Source: Eledone cirrhosa
Lineage: Eukaryota
Length of the DNA: 64,000 nt
Assembly: GCA_964016885.1 (NCBI GenBank)
Contig: OZ024743.1
Location: forward strand, 189,348,001 to 189,412,000
Direction of reading: 5' to 3'
Shown here: in pieces, positions 40,190 through 53,574 of the stretch
How positions within the stretch are numbered: the first letter of the stretch is position 1
How the letters are laid out: each line of letters opens with the position of its first letter
Translations under genes and position numbers: made by a program
Notes under the pieces: model-generated
Databases searched by the model: none
What the model was told of the DNA's origin: nothing
The model's input: only the letters and a program-made list of their open reading frames with translations

Positions 40190-42050
40190 GGAGGTTGCCA
40201 AGAGTTCGCGGCAAAAGGTACTCTATTTCGTTTCTGCCGGTTGCAACCACTTAGAAAATAAAGACAAGGGTTGTCACACGCCGTCGACATGTTGTTCTAA
40301 AACGCCTCCAACCCCCGTGTCTGATGCGTCCACTAGCAGCGAAAGAGGAGCGCCAGACTTGGGGAAAACGAGCATGGAAGCGTTTGCCAACATTTCCTTC
40401 AGGCGGTTAAAAGATGTTAATCCTTCCTCGTTTAGAGTGATCTCTTCGTTTTTGCGAGTCCGGTTACGAAGAAGGTCCGTGAGGAGTCTGGCTGCGTCGG
40501 AACAATGAGGGATAAAACGCCTATAAAAATTCACCAGACTGAGGAATTCACGCAGTTTCCGAAGTGATGTAGGTGCGGGAAAACTGCGGATAGCTTCTAC
40601 TTTCTCGGGAAGTGGACGAATGCCTTCTTTATCGATGATGTGCCCGAGAAACGACAGCGAAGGAACGCCGAGAAGGCACTTGCTGGGGTTGATGATGATA
40701 CCGTACTCAGCCAAACGTTGGAAAAGGAGATTTAAGTGCTTCTCGTGTTCTTGCTCGGAAGTACTTGCTACCAGCACGTCGTCAATATACGCGTATACGA
40801 AGGGTAGATCGCGTAACACGGTGTCAATAAACCGCTGAAAAGTTTGTGCAGCGTTGCGCAGACCGAACGGCATTCACAGGAATTCAAATAAACCGAACGG
40901 TGTTGTGATTGCGGTCTTCGGAATATCTGCAGGCTCCATAGGTATCTGGTTATATGCACGCACCAAATCTATCTTGGAAAAGATGCGTGCGCCTTGCAAA
41001 GAGGCAGAAAAATCGTGCAGGTGAGGTACAGGGTAATTATCGGGCACTGTAGAATTATTAAGTGCACGATAATCCCCACATGGTCGCCAATCATTCTCGG
41101 TTTTTTTAGGAACAAGGTGTAGGGGTGCAGACCAGTCGCTGGAAGAAGGGCGAATGATTCCGAGGTCCAGCATGTGTTGGAACTCCTGCTTGGCGATTCT
41201 CAATCGGTCTGGAGGCAGTCTCATTGGTCGGGAAGCTGTGGGTGGGCCCCTTGTCTCGATGTGGTGCGTGACACTATGCTTAATAGGACCATCCTTAAAT
41301 ACCGGGCGAGTGATGTCTGGGTGTTTCTGGAGAATGCCGTTGTACCGCGAAGGCTCTGACTGGCAAATTACAGGGCTCACTGTGGATTGCGTGGTAAATA
41401 TACCTCTCACAGTAAGGTTCGTGGTGGTGTCGATAAGCCTCCGGTTCTTCATATCCACCAGAAGGTTGAAGTGGTGGAGAAAATCGGCTCCTAGGATAGG
41501 GGTCGGCAGGTCTGCCACGACGAACACCCATTGAAAACGCCGCCTCAGGCCTAAATTGAGGGTCAGTGATTTTTCCCCGAAAGTCGGAAATGACTATCGG
41601 TTCACTGCCTGCAGAAAGGACGGGGTTAGGTGACTTTTTCCCGAGATTAGTGAAACAGGAATAACACTAACCTGGGCTCCTGTATCCACGAGGTAACGGA
41701 TGCCTGTCGCCTGGTCGTTAATAAAAAATAGACGACTTTTCTTTTCAGTACCAGGGGTGAACGTCGTCGCTAGGCTCTGGGTGGTATTCCGGAAAGAGGA
41801 CGGGGCTTTGCACTTAGATGCCTGTGCGCCGAAATTTGTGTGATACCAGCAGAGGTTGCCAGACACACGATTTTGACTGGGACTACTGGATCTTCGACTA
41901 TGAAAATGCCTGGATCGACTGTTACTGCGTCGCCGGTGTGTTTAAAAGGTCAAGTTCTCTACTTGATTCGAGAGGGCTTTAATTTGACCAGCCCGCTCTC
42001 TGAAATCTCGACCTCTGTCGTTGGTTGCGACATGTCCATGTTGGTATCTT
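40190..42050 (-). mobile_element. Truncated Ty3/Gypsy gag-end, protease, RT and RNase H
   Basis: LCWYHTNFGAQASKCKAP; LVDTGAQVS; [11 protein letters not shown]; YAYIDDVLV; VDASDTGVGGVL; in-frame TGA at 40874-40876. Confidence 0.95.
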
Positions 42051-42198
42051 CTTAGGTGCTGTTTGGTTGCGCGTTCGACTCACGTCAGACGTGGTTCGTC
42101 AGTCTGGTCACTACTTCTGATCAGATCCGAGAATAGCCCTTAGAAAGACTGTTATCGCATTCGGTCTGATCAGATCTGAAGATAGCCCTTGAAAGGAC

Positions 42199-42549
42199 TG
42201 TTGAGGATGAACAGACGAAAGCACAAGTTGAAAGGACGAAACAAGGCGAGATGTAAATTCGATCAGCTATTTATTTTCACATGAAGCGACGATACGAGGT
42301 ACAAGGCGTGTGTGAGTGACAAAGCGTGGCAGAGGCAAGGAACAACGATACGCAGGTTGACTCTGCCAAATGTCGACTGGCGAAGTGTTTGGAACCACTC
42401 TATTTATACAGAAATAATCGTTTGATGTTTAGCCGCTGTGTAGGCGTTTATTCTGGTAGTAAGGATTCTTTTGTTTCACGGTGAGGTAGCTAGCTAACAG
42501 GTAGATGGCGCTGTATATTTCACAGATGTTATTTCCGGTGGCTGTACAA
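42199..42549 (-). mobile_element. Possible LTR remnant
   Basis: TGTTG..CAAC ends; minus-strand TATAAATA then AATAAA; no TSD. Confidence 0.3.
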
Positions 42550-43568
42550 CCCTGTCGATTGAGTAGAGTGTATCTTTTTTCTTTCAATTTTTCATTCGAT
42601 CGATTAAGTTGTTCACAGTACCCTTAAGCTGTGGTTGTCTTGTTTTATGGTAAGGTTCCATGATGTATTACACCCATCATATCCCTTCAAACGATTAAAA
42701 ATTCCTTCTAAGGATAAAGATCTTGTTTTAGACGAGGTTTTGATTATTTCCTGATTGAACCCATTACTTTTAACATTCTTATAGGGTATCTACTTTTCAC
42801 CGTCGGTTACTAAACAATTCGATAAGGAAGACATACACTCCAGAGAATGAAGAGAAGTGCAGATGTTGATCTATTCTTTTCAACTATTTTCACTTAGTTC
42901 ATATGGGATGGTACCAAGCGTAGACACAATTCTAAGCTCCTGTAAGTGGCAATGGAAGGTTGATGACGCTAAATTAATTGCTTTCAGTGTATCATTATCA
43001 AAAAAGATAGGACACCAAAAGTGGTGGCAATCTTCCAGGTCAGTGTCACCTTGTCGAAATTTATTGAACCATCATTAGCACTTACGAACATTCAAAACAC
43101 TTTCACAATACATTTATTACACAGTTTTCACAGTATCCATAGGTCTGTTGTTGTTTTGTTAATTCGTCTGACTTAAAACCTATGAGTCTGCAAGACAGAA
43201 ACTATCTGTTTGAAGCTTTTCTTTCTCCTCAGTATTTATACAGCAGTGGAAGAATCTTGTTTACACATGTTGGAACATGTTTTGACAAGTTCAGTAAAAA
43301 AACACCACATCAATTTGATGAAGCACACACACACACACACACACATATATGGATAGTTATATGACAATCTATTATTAAAAAATTATCATTCTGAAAGTAT
43401 AGATTCAGTGAAATATATATACATTCTCTACTATATATTACTAAGAATTCATTTGATATAGTTCTCCTTTACATCCATGGCAAGAAAACCCTTGAAATAA
43501 ATATGGCTATGTATGTTGTTATGTCCTTATGGATAAACGAATACACTGCAACAGTGTAATAATAATAT

Positions 43569-45522
43569 TATAGCGAAGATACTGGGTTGTATGAATGTAA
43601 CAAGGAGACATGGTTTGTGTGTATAATATTTAATTAACAATCTAACAGTATAGTTGACATGTCAATGAAATAGATGAAAGAATGAAGCAAAGTTAGTAGT
43701 TACCGTTTTGATTGCCAGGCAAACGCGAGACGCCTGGCGAAGGCCAGGCGCCGGAAGGGCAAATGAGAGGCAGAGAACTTAAAGTTGTTAGTTTTATAGG
43801 GTTCTGACCGGAAGTTACAGAAAGGGTTCTACTTCCCGTCTAGATGTTGTTAATCTATTGGGGTTGTGAGTCACAACAAGGGAGGCCACTGCTACATAAC
43901 CTCCCGCCAGAATTTTAGAATATAAAAATAGAATGAAATATGTAGCAAGTTGGCGAGAATGTTGTAACAGGCATGAAAATTACGACAAAAGAATGTTTGC
44001 AAAAATCAATGATAGATATCAAGGTAGCCAACCGTTCTTGGCCAGAGAACGACTGGACATCTATCTATCCATCACCCAAAGATACAATGTAATAAAGTAA
44101 GAGAAGAGCTCAAAGTTCAAATATACAAAATATAGTTCACAGGTGTGCAATCACATGACAGCAGGAAAGAAAGTGTGTTCCAGAGAATGAATGCAGGTGG
44201 TTTCTGTTCTGTGGTATATCGTGAAATTTCCAACCTCCGAATGGATTTTCTCACAGGAAGAGTGCTGCAAAAATAAATTCTCTGGCTTGTTCTGCTGGTT
44301 TTGGTTGTTGGTTAAGCTGTGTTGCTGTTGATGTTGTTGTCTCGCTGAGTGAGCGTATTCGGTGTTTAAATTCACAGTAAAAAAAAAATTTTTTCAGAAA
44401 AATTGAGTTGCGCAAAGTGCTAGAAATAACAGCCGAAGTTGATGGTCGATGTTGAGAATGCGTTGACCTGGAAGGGTCAAGAAGCCAGCGACCAAAGAAA
44501 TAAGCATTCTGAATAAATGCGCAGTTTTCAACGGCAAATTTACGTGGTAAATTTTTAAACCGGCAAATAAGAGAATATAGCTTAAGGCTGAAGAATCCTT
44601 GGCGAGAAACGTTATCTCTGGCGTGCGGCTATCTCTGTGAGTCGAGAATTTGTGCTGCCTACACGTGCCAATACAAGGTTAAGTTAGGTTGAAAAAATAA
44701 TATTTCTAACGCGCGAGAAAATGATAGTGCAAGTGTGAAAGTGACAATGATGAAAAAGAAAGGCTTCACTTAGCATAATTATTGGTGTGAACTTTTGAAA
44801 AAAATAACTTGAACGATGAAGAAAACGATGAAAAAAAAGGCAATGGTTCATCGAAAATAAATGTTCCTGTTGAAATGTTTTTTAAAGAATATCAAATTTC
44901 TTTTTTTTTTTTTGTTTTGAAAGTGTTCGTTGTAAGAAACGAGAAACATATATATATCGTGAAATGCGACAGTTAGTTGATGCGTGAGAGAAAAAGTCTG
45001 TCTGTGCGAAAATTTCACATGTGCGTGGTGTGTTCGTTTCTTTTACTGAGTATTTTCATAGTTTGTCAATAAATTTGCTGTGTATTCGTAATGCTACTCA
45101 CACAACACCAGATTCTGCTATTTTTTTTCTTTTTTCGGGGTGACCACTTATAACAATGAACGGCTGCGTGTTCGTATCACGTCAGGGTTACCAATATAGC
45201 GAAGATACTGGGTTGTATGAATGTAACAAGGAGACATGGTTTGTGTGTATAATATTTAATTAACAATCTAACAGTATAGTTGACATGTCAATGAAATAGA
45301 TGAAAGAATGAAGCAAAGTTAGTAGTTACCGTTTTGATTGCCAGGCAAACGCGAGACGCCTGGCGAAGGCCAGGCGCCGGAAAGGCAAATGAGAGGCAGA
45401 GAACTTAAAGTTGTTAGTTTTATAGGGTTATGACCGGAAGTTACAGAAAGGGTTCTACTTCCCGTCTAGATGTTGTTAATCTATTGGGGTTGTGAGTCAC
45501 AACAAGGGAGGCCACTGCTACA
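43569..45522 (-). mobile_element. Non-autonomous LTR retrotransposon (328-bp LTRs, about 1.3-kb non-coding interior)
   Basis: LTRs 43569-43896 and 45195-45522 differ at about 2 positions; ends TGTAGC..GCTATA; TSD ATAT; tRNA-Trp-type PBS; purine-rich GGCGGGAGG tract before the 3' LTR. Confidence 0.93.
45163..45193 (-). promoter_or_regulatory. Primer-binding site, tRNA-Trp type (extended)
   Basis: Minus strand TGGTAACCCTGACGTGATACGAACACGCAGC versus the tRNA-Trp complement TGGTGACCCCGACGTGATTTGAACACGCAAC (from memory). Confidence 0.8.
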
Positions 45523-46565
45523 ATATAATCGAAACAAACGGCAATAACCACACGTAATGGAACAACAATATTTTAAGAGCCAACAATCCAACACGTTAAC
45601 TCGAACTGTGAACCTTGTACCAACTTCAACTATCAACACACGAACTGTAGAACTACTACCAACTTGCCCATTTACTCAGACCTCTACTAGTCATATATAT
45701 TAGTCCAGTTCATTCTCTCCAGGTGGGCGTCGTACTCTCGCACAACATATGCACAAAAAGAAAAGAAAAACATTTGTCTATGTACAAGTGTGCATATGTG
45801 TATGCCCTGGAAGTAGTGTATTAAGTTGGTAGAGAGAGAGAGAAGATGAATAAAGAGAAAGTAGTGAGGGGCAAAAAGGACAAATGATGGATAAAATGGT
45901 TTGTGTATGTGTCTGAATGATCAAGTGCTTGCCTCTGAGAGAGAGAGAGAAGGGGGTGATTGAAAGTGGGTGAGAGAAAGAGAAAATAAGAGAGGAAAGA
46001 GAGAAGATATGTATGAAGGAACAAAAGTCTATCACAAACTGACTACATTCTTTCTATTAAGTGAATAGAAAGCTAACCACACTGATAAAATCGAGTAACG
46101 ACAATGGCCATATTTACAATTTAATGCAATTCATACTGCGATGTCTATTCATGCTTGCATATGCAATTCCTTGATTTATTGCTTCACCTTTTAAACATTA
46201 AAGTTTATAAGTCCTTCATGAATATTCATTAGGAAAGATTTTATTGTACTTCAAATGTCTACCACTGAATATCTGTAGAGGAACCGTGCCTTTAGCATAA
46301 TGGCAGCTATTACTATCAGTGAAATATCAACTTGCACTATAAATGCACCTATACTGGATATTGGCATGTCTTAACTAACTGGTTTAGTATTGGATTTCAA
46401 AGGATGAAATAGAAATATGTGTGTATATATGTATATGTGTGTATGTATGTGCACATGTATATATGTATTGTATTATATATGTTTCTGTATATGTATATAT
46501 TGGAATTGTATATATTAAGTGTGTGTAAATTATATATATATATATATATATTGTTTATGCTTCTT

Positions 46566-46691
<126 letters not shown>

Positions 46692-46839
46692 TGTGCATGT
46701 GTGTATTACAGTACTGATTTAACAGAATTGTTAGAGTTTTAGACTGAATGCTTTGCTGTATTTGTTCTGGCTCTCTGCACTTCACTCCAAATGTATGTAA
46801 AATGTTGTCAAGAACTGCAATCATTTCAAACATTGATTT

Positions 46840-46980
46840 CTAATTTAGGCATACTGTAGGTGATTTGGGGAAAGGGCAAGTTAATTATATTAAACCCAGT
46901 ACTTAACTGATGCTTATTGTATCGACCTTGAGAGGATGAAAGATAAAGTTGAACCTGGCAGGATTTGAACTCAGAACAAA
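46840..46980 (-). mobile_element. Diverged SINE family A
   Basis: TTTCTAATTTAGGCA..GGATGAAAG..GGCAGGATTTGAACTCAG. Confidence 0.7.
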
Positions 46981-48095
46981 TAACATAATGGCATTTTATA
47001 CAATGATCCATCACCTTGACCATTTTAATTATTTAATGTAAACTGCTTTACATTGAATAATTAAAAGTTGCTCAGCAGGCATTATCTCTTCAGCTTCTAT
47101 ACAACTCTTTTGTTAAATAAACGAGCAAAATTGTTAAATGCTAAGCAGTTATGGCATTTGCCTGGTGGATCTTTGTATCTGTGCTGCTACACATATTGTT
47201 TTGCATGCATGATATCCAAATGTATCTAAACTGATATCAAACTGAAATAAGTTGTGCCAAATATTCAGACAAAAACATTTGTCTTGAATGACTTTGAATA
47301 TCACCACTTCTGGCTGTCATTTATTCTAATCACATCATGCTGTTCTCTTGATTGTGTTATAACTTTCATACCATGTTGTTCTCATCTTTTCTAATTCCTT
47401 CATATGTATTATTCAGTGCTGGATCTCTGAGCTTTTGCAAAAAAAAAACATTTTTGTTAACGTAATTAAACAATGTTATAACAAAATTGTGTAAGAAAAC
47501 ATTAGTTGATAACACAGCCATCTCACTTCTTTGGCAATACATCAAATAGATGTTGCTTCATGGTCCCAGTGGACAAAATTATTAATGTGTTACCCTAGAG
47601 AATAGCAAAGGAGATATGCTGAAAAGGCCAGTCCAACTATTGTAATGAGAAATGCAAACACTTTTGGTTATTTTTTACATATACAAACATGTATTTTATC
47701 CTATATTAAATCCTCATGGTGAAAAACATTAATTTATTTAAATCACTTCTATCCTCATGGTTTCATTTTTTATTTTCCTTGGTCTGCAAGACATAAAACA
47801 TGTTCTAATCCAGCCTACTTCCTAAATTGTTTGTGAAACACTGCTTTAACATACTGATATGTTAGCAAAGCAAATCACACTAAATCTACATGCTGTATAT
47901 TAATATAACAGTGAGTCTTAAAACAGGTATTTGTTTTGTACTAAAAATAATTATGACATTAACAACTGTTTCATATGGAAATTACCTAAAGGGTAATTTT
48001 AATGTTGACCTGCAAGAAATAGCAGCTTAATATCCCTCAAATGCATAAGTATTTATTATGGTAGGATTCATACCATCATGCAACATTAAAGAAGC

Positions 48096-48505
48096 TGTAG
48101 CGCTCTCTAGACAGGAAGTAGCTGGAGTTACTTACCGTTGAGGTTGCAGAACCTTCTTAGGGACTTCCGTCCAGGGAACTATAAAAGGAGAGAACTGAAG
48201 CTATCACCCTCTCATTTCACTTTTCGGCTGCTGGCCTTCGGCCAGGCACGTTCTGCCGAATGTAGACTCTCTTGCTTCCTGACCAGTGAAAAGGTAAACA
48301 ACTAACTTTCTTTCATCGTGAAATCACTAGCCAACATGTAACACAACAATAATAACCACGGCCTGGCAACACTTCAGCCAGTGGACCGTGTCTTCTGAAA
48401 TCCTTAATTCATTCTTTCATCTCTCTTGGCATGTCAGCTATTCAGCTCTACTCAGCTCAATCTTCGTAAATAAATATTGTACATACAACCCAGTGTCCTG
48501 TTATA
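48096..48505 (+). mobile_element. Solo LTR related to the 43569 element
   Basis: TGTAGC..GTTATA ends, AAGC TSD on both sides; shares TCTAGACnGGAAGTAG, CTATAAAA, GCCAGGC and CATACAACCCAGT blocks. Confidence 0.8.
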
Positions 48506-48597
48506 AAGCATTGGCTGCCCTATGTGAAGAACAAAGACAGATTACTCATAGGTAGAGCAACTTTAGATCTGCTCTATCAAATTAACTTGAGACTAAT

Positions 48598-48770
48598 TAA
48601 TTGTTTCTACTTTAGGCACAAGGCCAGCAATTACCCAGTGCATTACTGGTACTTTATTTTATCGATGAAAGGCAAAGTCAACCTCGGCAGGATTTGAACT
48701 CAGATCGTAAAGGGACGTAACTATGCTGGAAAGCATGGCGTCCGTCCCTCTACCCATACTGCCAATCCAC
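48598..48770 (-). mobile_element. SINE family A
   Basis: Matches 62649-62833 with an internal deletion. Confidence 0.85.
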
Positions 48771-49234
48771 AACAACAAATACACATAAATATAATGATTT
48801 TGATTATTTTGATTTTAAATATTTACAAATACTCCACCACAGTAAATATTTATATAGAAACATGCAAAACAAAGCACTGTTGTTGTTTTTGTCAAACCTG
48901 AGGAAATAAACAAATGATCAAAAGTATTCATGTTGTAACCATACTGTCTTAGGGTTATTTAGTATTACAGTTTCTTAAGTATCTATGTCCTTCTAAAGTA
49001 CCTGTAATACACTGGGTAATTGCTGGCCTTGTGCCAAAAGTAGAAACAATTATTTGATCTAGAATTGGTTACTAATTCTAGCAGGTTGATCAATCACATG
49101 ACAATTATGTAAAATTAAAAAAAAAATTTAAAAAAAACATTGTATATGTATGAAGTGTTTCTTCTATTATTATTGTGGATGGATAAGAGTTCAAATCAAA
49201 TCCAGCCATTATCAACTTTATTTTATATTATTGA

Positions 49235-49340
49235 TACTACTACTACTACCACCACCACCACCACCACCACCACTACTACTACTACCACCAGCACCACCAC
49301 CACCACCACCACTACAACCACTACTACTACTGATGATGAT
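49235..49340. repeat. (TAC)n/(CAC)n trinucleotide repeat
   Basis: Direct reading. Confidence 0.95.
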
Positions 49341-49354
49341 GGGATGAAATATGT

Positions 49355-51560
49355 GCTGGGAATCTGTCAAGTCAAAAAAGGGAAAGGAAAGTGAGTAAGA
49401 TATACAAAATAACTTCAAAACCTAATATTCCATTGATCAAAGAAACTAACCCTGAAACAGAACATAAAACTGAAAGCTCAAAAAATTTGAAGATTTGAAA
49501 AGTGAAATCGGTTTTACAGGCAAAATAAGCTGTTTATGTCAGATGTAAAAAAGCTATTTACAGAGAGATTGGGACACAAGAAATTCAAGTAGAGGAAGTT
49601 CCTTCAATTCATGAGATTGAAGAATTCCGGAAAACAGTATGGAGTACAGAAAAATCTCATAATGGTAATGTAGAATGTATAAAGAAGAAGAAAGGAACAT
49701 GCAATCATTTAGAAAGCAGACTTGAAATTAGCCTCTAACGAAAGCCAATAAATGGAAATTTTCTGGCATTGATTAAGTGCAAAACTCCAGGTTATCTTCT
49801 CTAACTGCTACCCATGATACATTTGTAAAATGTCATAATGAATTTATGCACAGACCTGAGAAAACTCCTGATTGGTTTGCACAAGGTATAATCTATCTCT
49901 TGTTAAAATTGACAGAAACAAATATTCCAAAACGTTATAGTTCTATCACTTGCCTTCCCATATCATACAAAATTCTCACTTCAATCTTGACTGAGACAAC
50001 CTATAAATTTATGAATAAAAATCATATTTTCCCTATGAAGCAGAAAGGTTGTCACCACGGGTCTTACAGTTGGAAACAACTCATTAACCGTATGATTCTG
50101 GAAAGCTGTCAAAACAAGCACAGAAGTTTGAGTACAACTTGGATTGACTATACAAAAAACATTTCCCACTCATGAATTTTGAAAACGTTGGATGTTCTGA
50201 AAATTCCCCTAGTAATATCAAACTTCCTCACATGGTGATGGAATTATAAATTCCAGCAGGATAAGTATTACCTGTGGTATTTCTCAAGGTGATTTATTTT
50301 CTTCTCTGACATTTTTAATTGCTCTTACACTACTCTCTCTAGTGCTCCATAAATCAAATTATGGCAACAAAATAGACAGCAAAACCATACAACTGTTTTA
50401 AATGGATGACTTCAAACTGTAAATGACAGCCAAAAATGACAGCTAATTGGAAGGGCTGTTGAAGATAGTTAAGGAGTTCAGCGATGATGTAGGGATGAAG
50501 TGTGAATTAGAAGAACACATCAAAGCAACATTCAAGAAAGGTAGAAAGACAAGCACAAACTCAATGGAAATAGATGTGAGTACAAGAATCAAGGAACTAG
50601 AACAGGAACAAACCTACAGATATATAGCGATCAATGAAGGCCAAATATTCACCATGGCAGCATGAAAAAGAGAGTCTGGGAGGAATGGTGTTTTTAAAAC
50701 TGAACTCAACTCGAAGAATAACATCTCTGATATAAATGCACTTGCAATCGATGTTGTCACCTATAATTTCAAGAAATAAAGAAATTGGACATCAAAATCA
50801 GAAAACTTCTTGCCAGTAGTACAGTACGTCACCCAAAAGCAGATGTGGGTTGCCTCTATCTCTAGACAAATAAGAAGCAGAGGAATGATCCAGCTTGAGC
50901 TGTCATGTAAAATATGAAACATTGGAATTGAATAATAGCTTAAACTACAGATGACTGGATGCTAAAAATGGTTGTAGAACATGAAATGAAGAACAGGTGA
51001 CATTCAGACATTCAGAAAGTAGGAAGTTTGCAGAAGTATTGGGAATATATTTTGAAAATGATGACAAGTCTGCAATTAAATCTGTAAAGAACATCAAAAT
51101 CTTGGCAAAATATGAAGATCAATGGAAACTGTGCATTAAATGGGAGCAGAAACCAATGCATGGATGATAAGTTCTCTGTAGCAAAGAACCTGATGAAGTC
51201 AAACTTTTACCCATCAGTGACTCCAGAGTGCTGGGCTAAAATCAAAGGGTGAAGGCTGTATTTTGTCAGCACGAGACCAGTGTCTTTCAATGTGTAACTT
51301 TTAAGGCAATGTGATCAGAAACGGAACACATCCAAAGTGCCGAATCTGAATGAGCATGTTAAAACAATTGACCACCATGCTCCAGGTTGTCAATTATTAG
51401 CTTCCCTGGAATATAAAATTAAACATGATAGAGCGGGGCAATATTCACACTGAATGATATGCAGGTTTTATGGTATACAAACAGGAGGAAAATTGTACAA
51501 CTATCACCCAGCTGCAGTAGCAGGAGGCAAAAATGTAACAATCTTATGGGACTACCATGT
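49355..51560 (+). mobile_element. Decayed R4/Dong-type (restriction-like endonuclease) LINE
   Basis: PDWFAQGIIYLL..YSSITCLPISYKILTSI..QKGC..WIDY; MDD remnant near 50402; FSDDVGMK; Cys/His remnant near 51340 and ILWD near 51540. Confidence 0.75.
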
Positions 51561-52139
51561 GAACATTTGGAAAATGACAAAAATATATAATGAATAGTCC
51601 AAAAATATTCCTCATTCTTCATGCTGTATACACTCAAACTTTTCAGAGTACCTTGAAGAAAAATGATACCAAACACTTCCGTCCATTAAAAAAAAACATT
51701 GTAAATCCAATTCTTTTTTAGCACTCTATTAAAGTTGCCCATTCCCAGCAATGAACAACAACAACAATAATTATTATTCAATTATTAACAACAATAATAA
51801 AACTCATATCAATGCTGATGCTAATGACTAAAGAGGATCTAAAATGTAAAGCAACAATAATAACATTTTTTAATTCCTAATATTAGTTTTGAAATTTACT
51901 ACTGGACATTTAATTGTCTTTGTCACCTTTAAATTAGCAATGTTAGACCACACTCACACATACACACACACATACACATGCACATAAATATACACATACA
52001 CACACAGCTTTACATATTTCTCTGTCCTTCTCTGTATCTGTATACAGGGCAAGTGAATAAATGAAAATCAGCCTGTTCAAACACTCTATGATGATGATGA
52101 TAATTTCCTGAATAATCATGATAATAATAATTATAATAA

Positions 52140-53400
52140 TAAGGATTTCTACATTAGGCACAAGACCAGTAAATTTTTGGGGTGGGTGGGGAAATTTGAT
52201 TACTGGTACTTTATTTTCTAAACCCTGTAAGGATGAAAGGCAAAGTTAACCTCGGCAGAATTTAAACTCAGAATTTAAACTCTATGCTGAAAAGCATGTT
52301 GTCAGATACTCTACCGATACTACCAATACACCGCCTTATAATAATTGTTTCTACTTTAGGTACAAGGCCAGCAATTACCCAGTGCATTACTGGTACTTTA
52401 TTTTATTGACCTCGTAAGGATGAAAGGCAAAGTTAACCTCGGCAGGATTTGAACTCAGATCGTAAAGGGAAGTAACTATGCCGGAAAGCATGTCCGACCC
52501 TCTACCGATACTGCCAATTCACCGCCTTATAATAATAACAACAATAATAATGGTTTATTTTATTTCCAGAAGAGCAAGTTACAACATGAAGGTTGGGTCT
52601 GCAAAAAAAGTTTAAAAAGTAGGTAACATGTGTACATAGTTTACAAAGTTGGCAGACATATTATACAATTAAATAAGGCATTCAATTCTCCTTGTAGAGA
52701 GAACTGAACACTTAGTGATAATTGATCTACAATCAGCCTGACCATCAAAAGCAATTGCCTTTCCAACTCCCATTGTCTAACTTACAGGTATATACCTAAT
52801 TCAGTCATTCTTGCCATTTTCACTACTTTCACCCACTTTTGCTAAATTTATTGAAACAGAGCAACTCCCTCTCTACTTTCCCCTTTCTTTCCAAGTGAAA
52901 CTTTAAAACACCAGCAAGAACTTAAAAGAAGTATCCTTGAATCACTCAGGAACTCAGTTTAAGAGGATACAATAATGGTTTCTAATTTAGGCACAATGCC
53001 ACCAATTTTGAGGAAGGGGAAATCAACTATATGAACCCCAGTTCATGACTGGTACTTTATCTTATCCAACCCCAGAAAGATGAAAGGCAAAGTTGGCCTC
53101 AGCAGGATTTGAACTCAGAATATAAAGAGCATTTGTCTGATGCAATATTTGCTCTGCCAATTCACTGCATTTAAGAAGCCATAACTCTTTCTAACACTGG
53201 CACAAGTCCAGCAGTTTGTTGGGTGGAGAAAATCAATTATAACAATCCCAGTACTTAACTGGCCTTTATTTTATTGACCCCAGAAAGATGAAATGCAAAG
53301 TAGTTGACCTTGACAGGATTTGAAGTCAAAATGTAAAGAGCCAGAATGAATACTGCAAAGCATGTGTCTGATGTTCTAACAACACTCCCAATCCACCACA
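52140..53400 (-). mobile_element. Four SINE family A copies, minus strand
   Basis: Copies at about 52140-52340, 52341-52528, 52975-53170 and 53185-53400. Confidence 0.85.
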
Positions 53401-53574
53401 TTTCAGAGGATATAATAACAAAGAAAATAACCAACTATAGGAATCAGACAAAATCAGGCTTTGATAAGAGAAATGATGGTGAACAGAGAACAGTATGAAG
53501 CAATATAATTACAAGAGACAAGGTAGAATATATGAGAAATTGAATGAAAGACCTTTTCATTTTAATAATAATGG

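Noticed and set aside
42115-42200. CTGAAGA..GAAA within a duplication of about 49 bp
   Set aside because: No stem II or stem III pairing; only a short local tandem repeat
43514-45747. Possible older TGTTG..CAACA solo LTR hosting the 43569 element; also a TGTC..GACA segment at 43052-43287
   Set aside because: No target-site duplication and no second copy in the window
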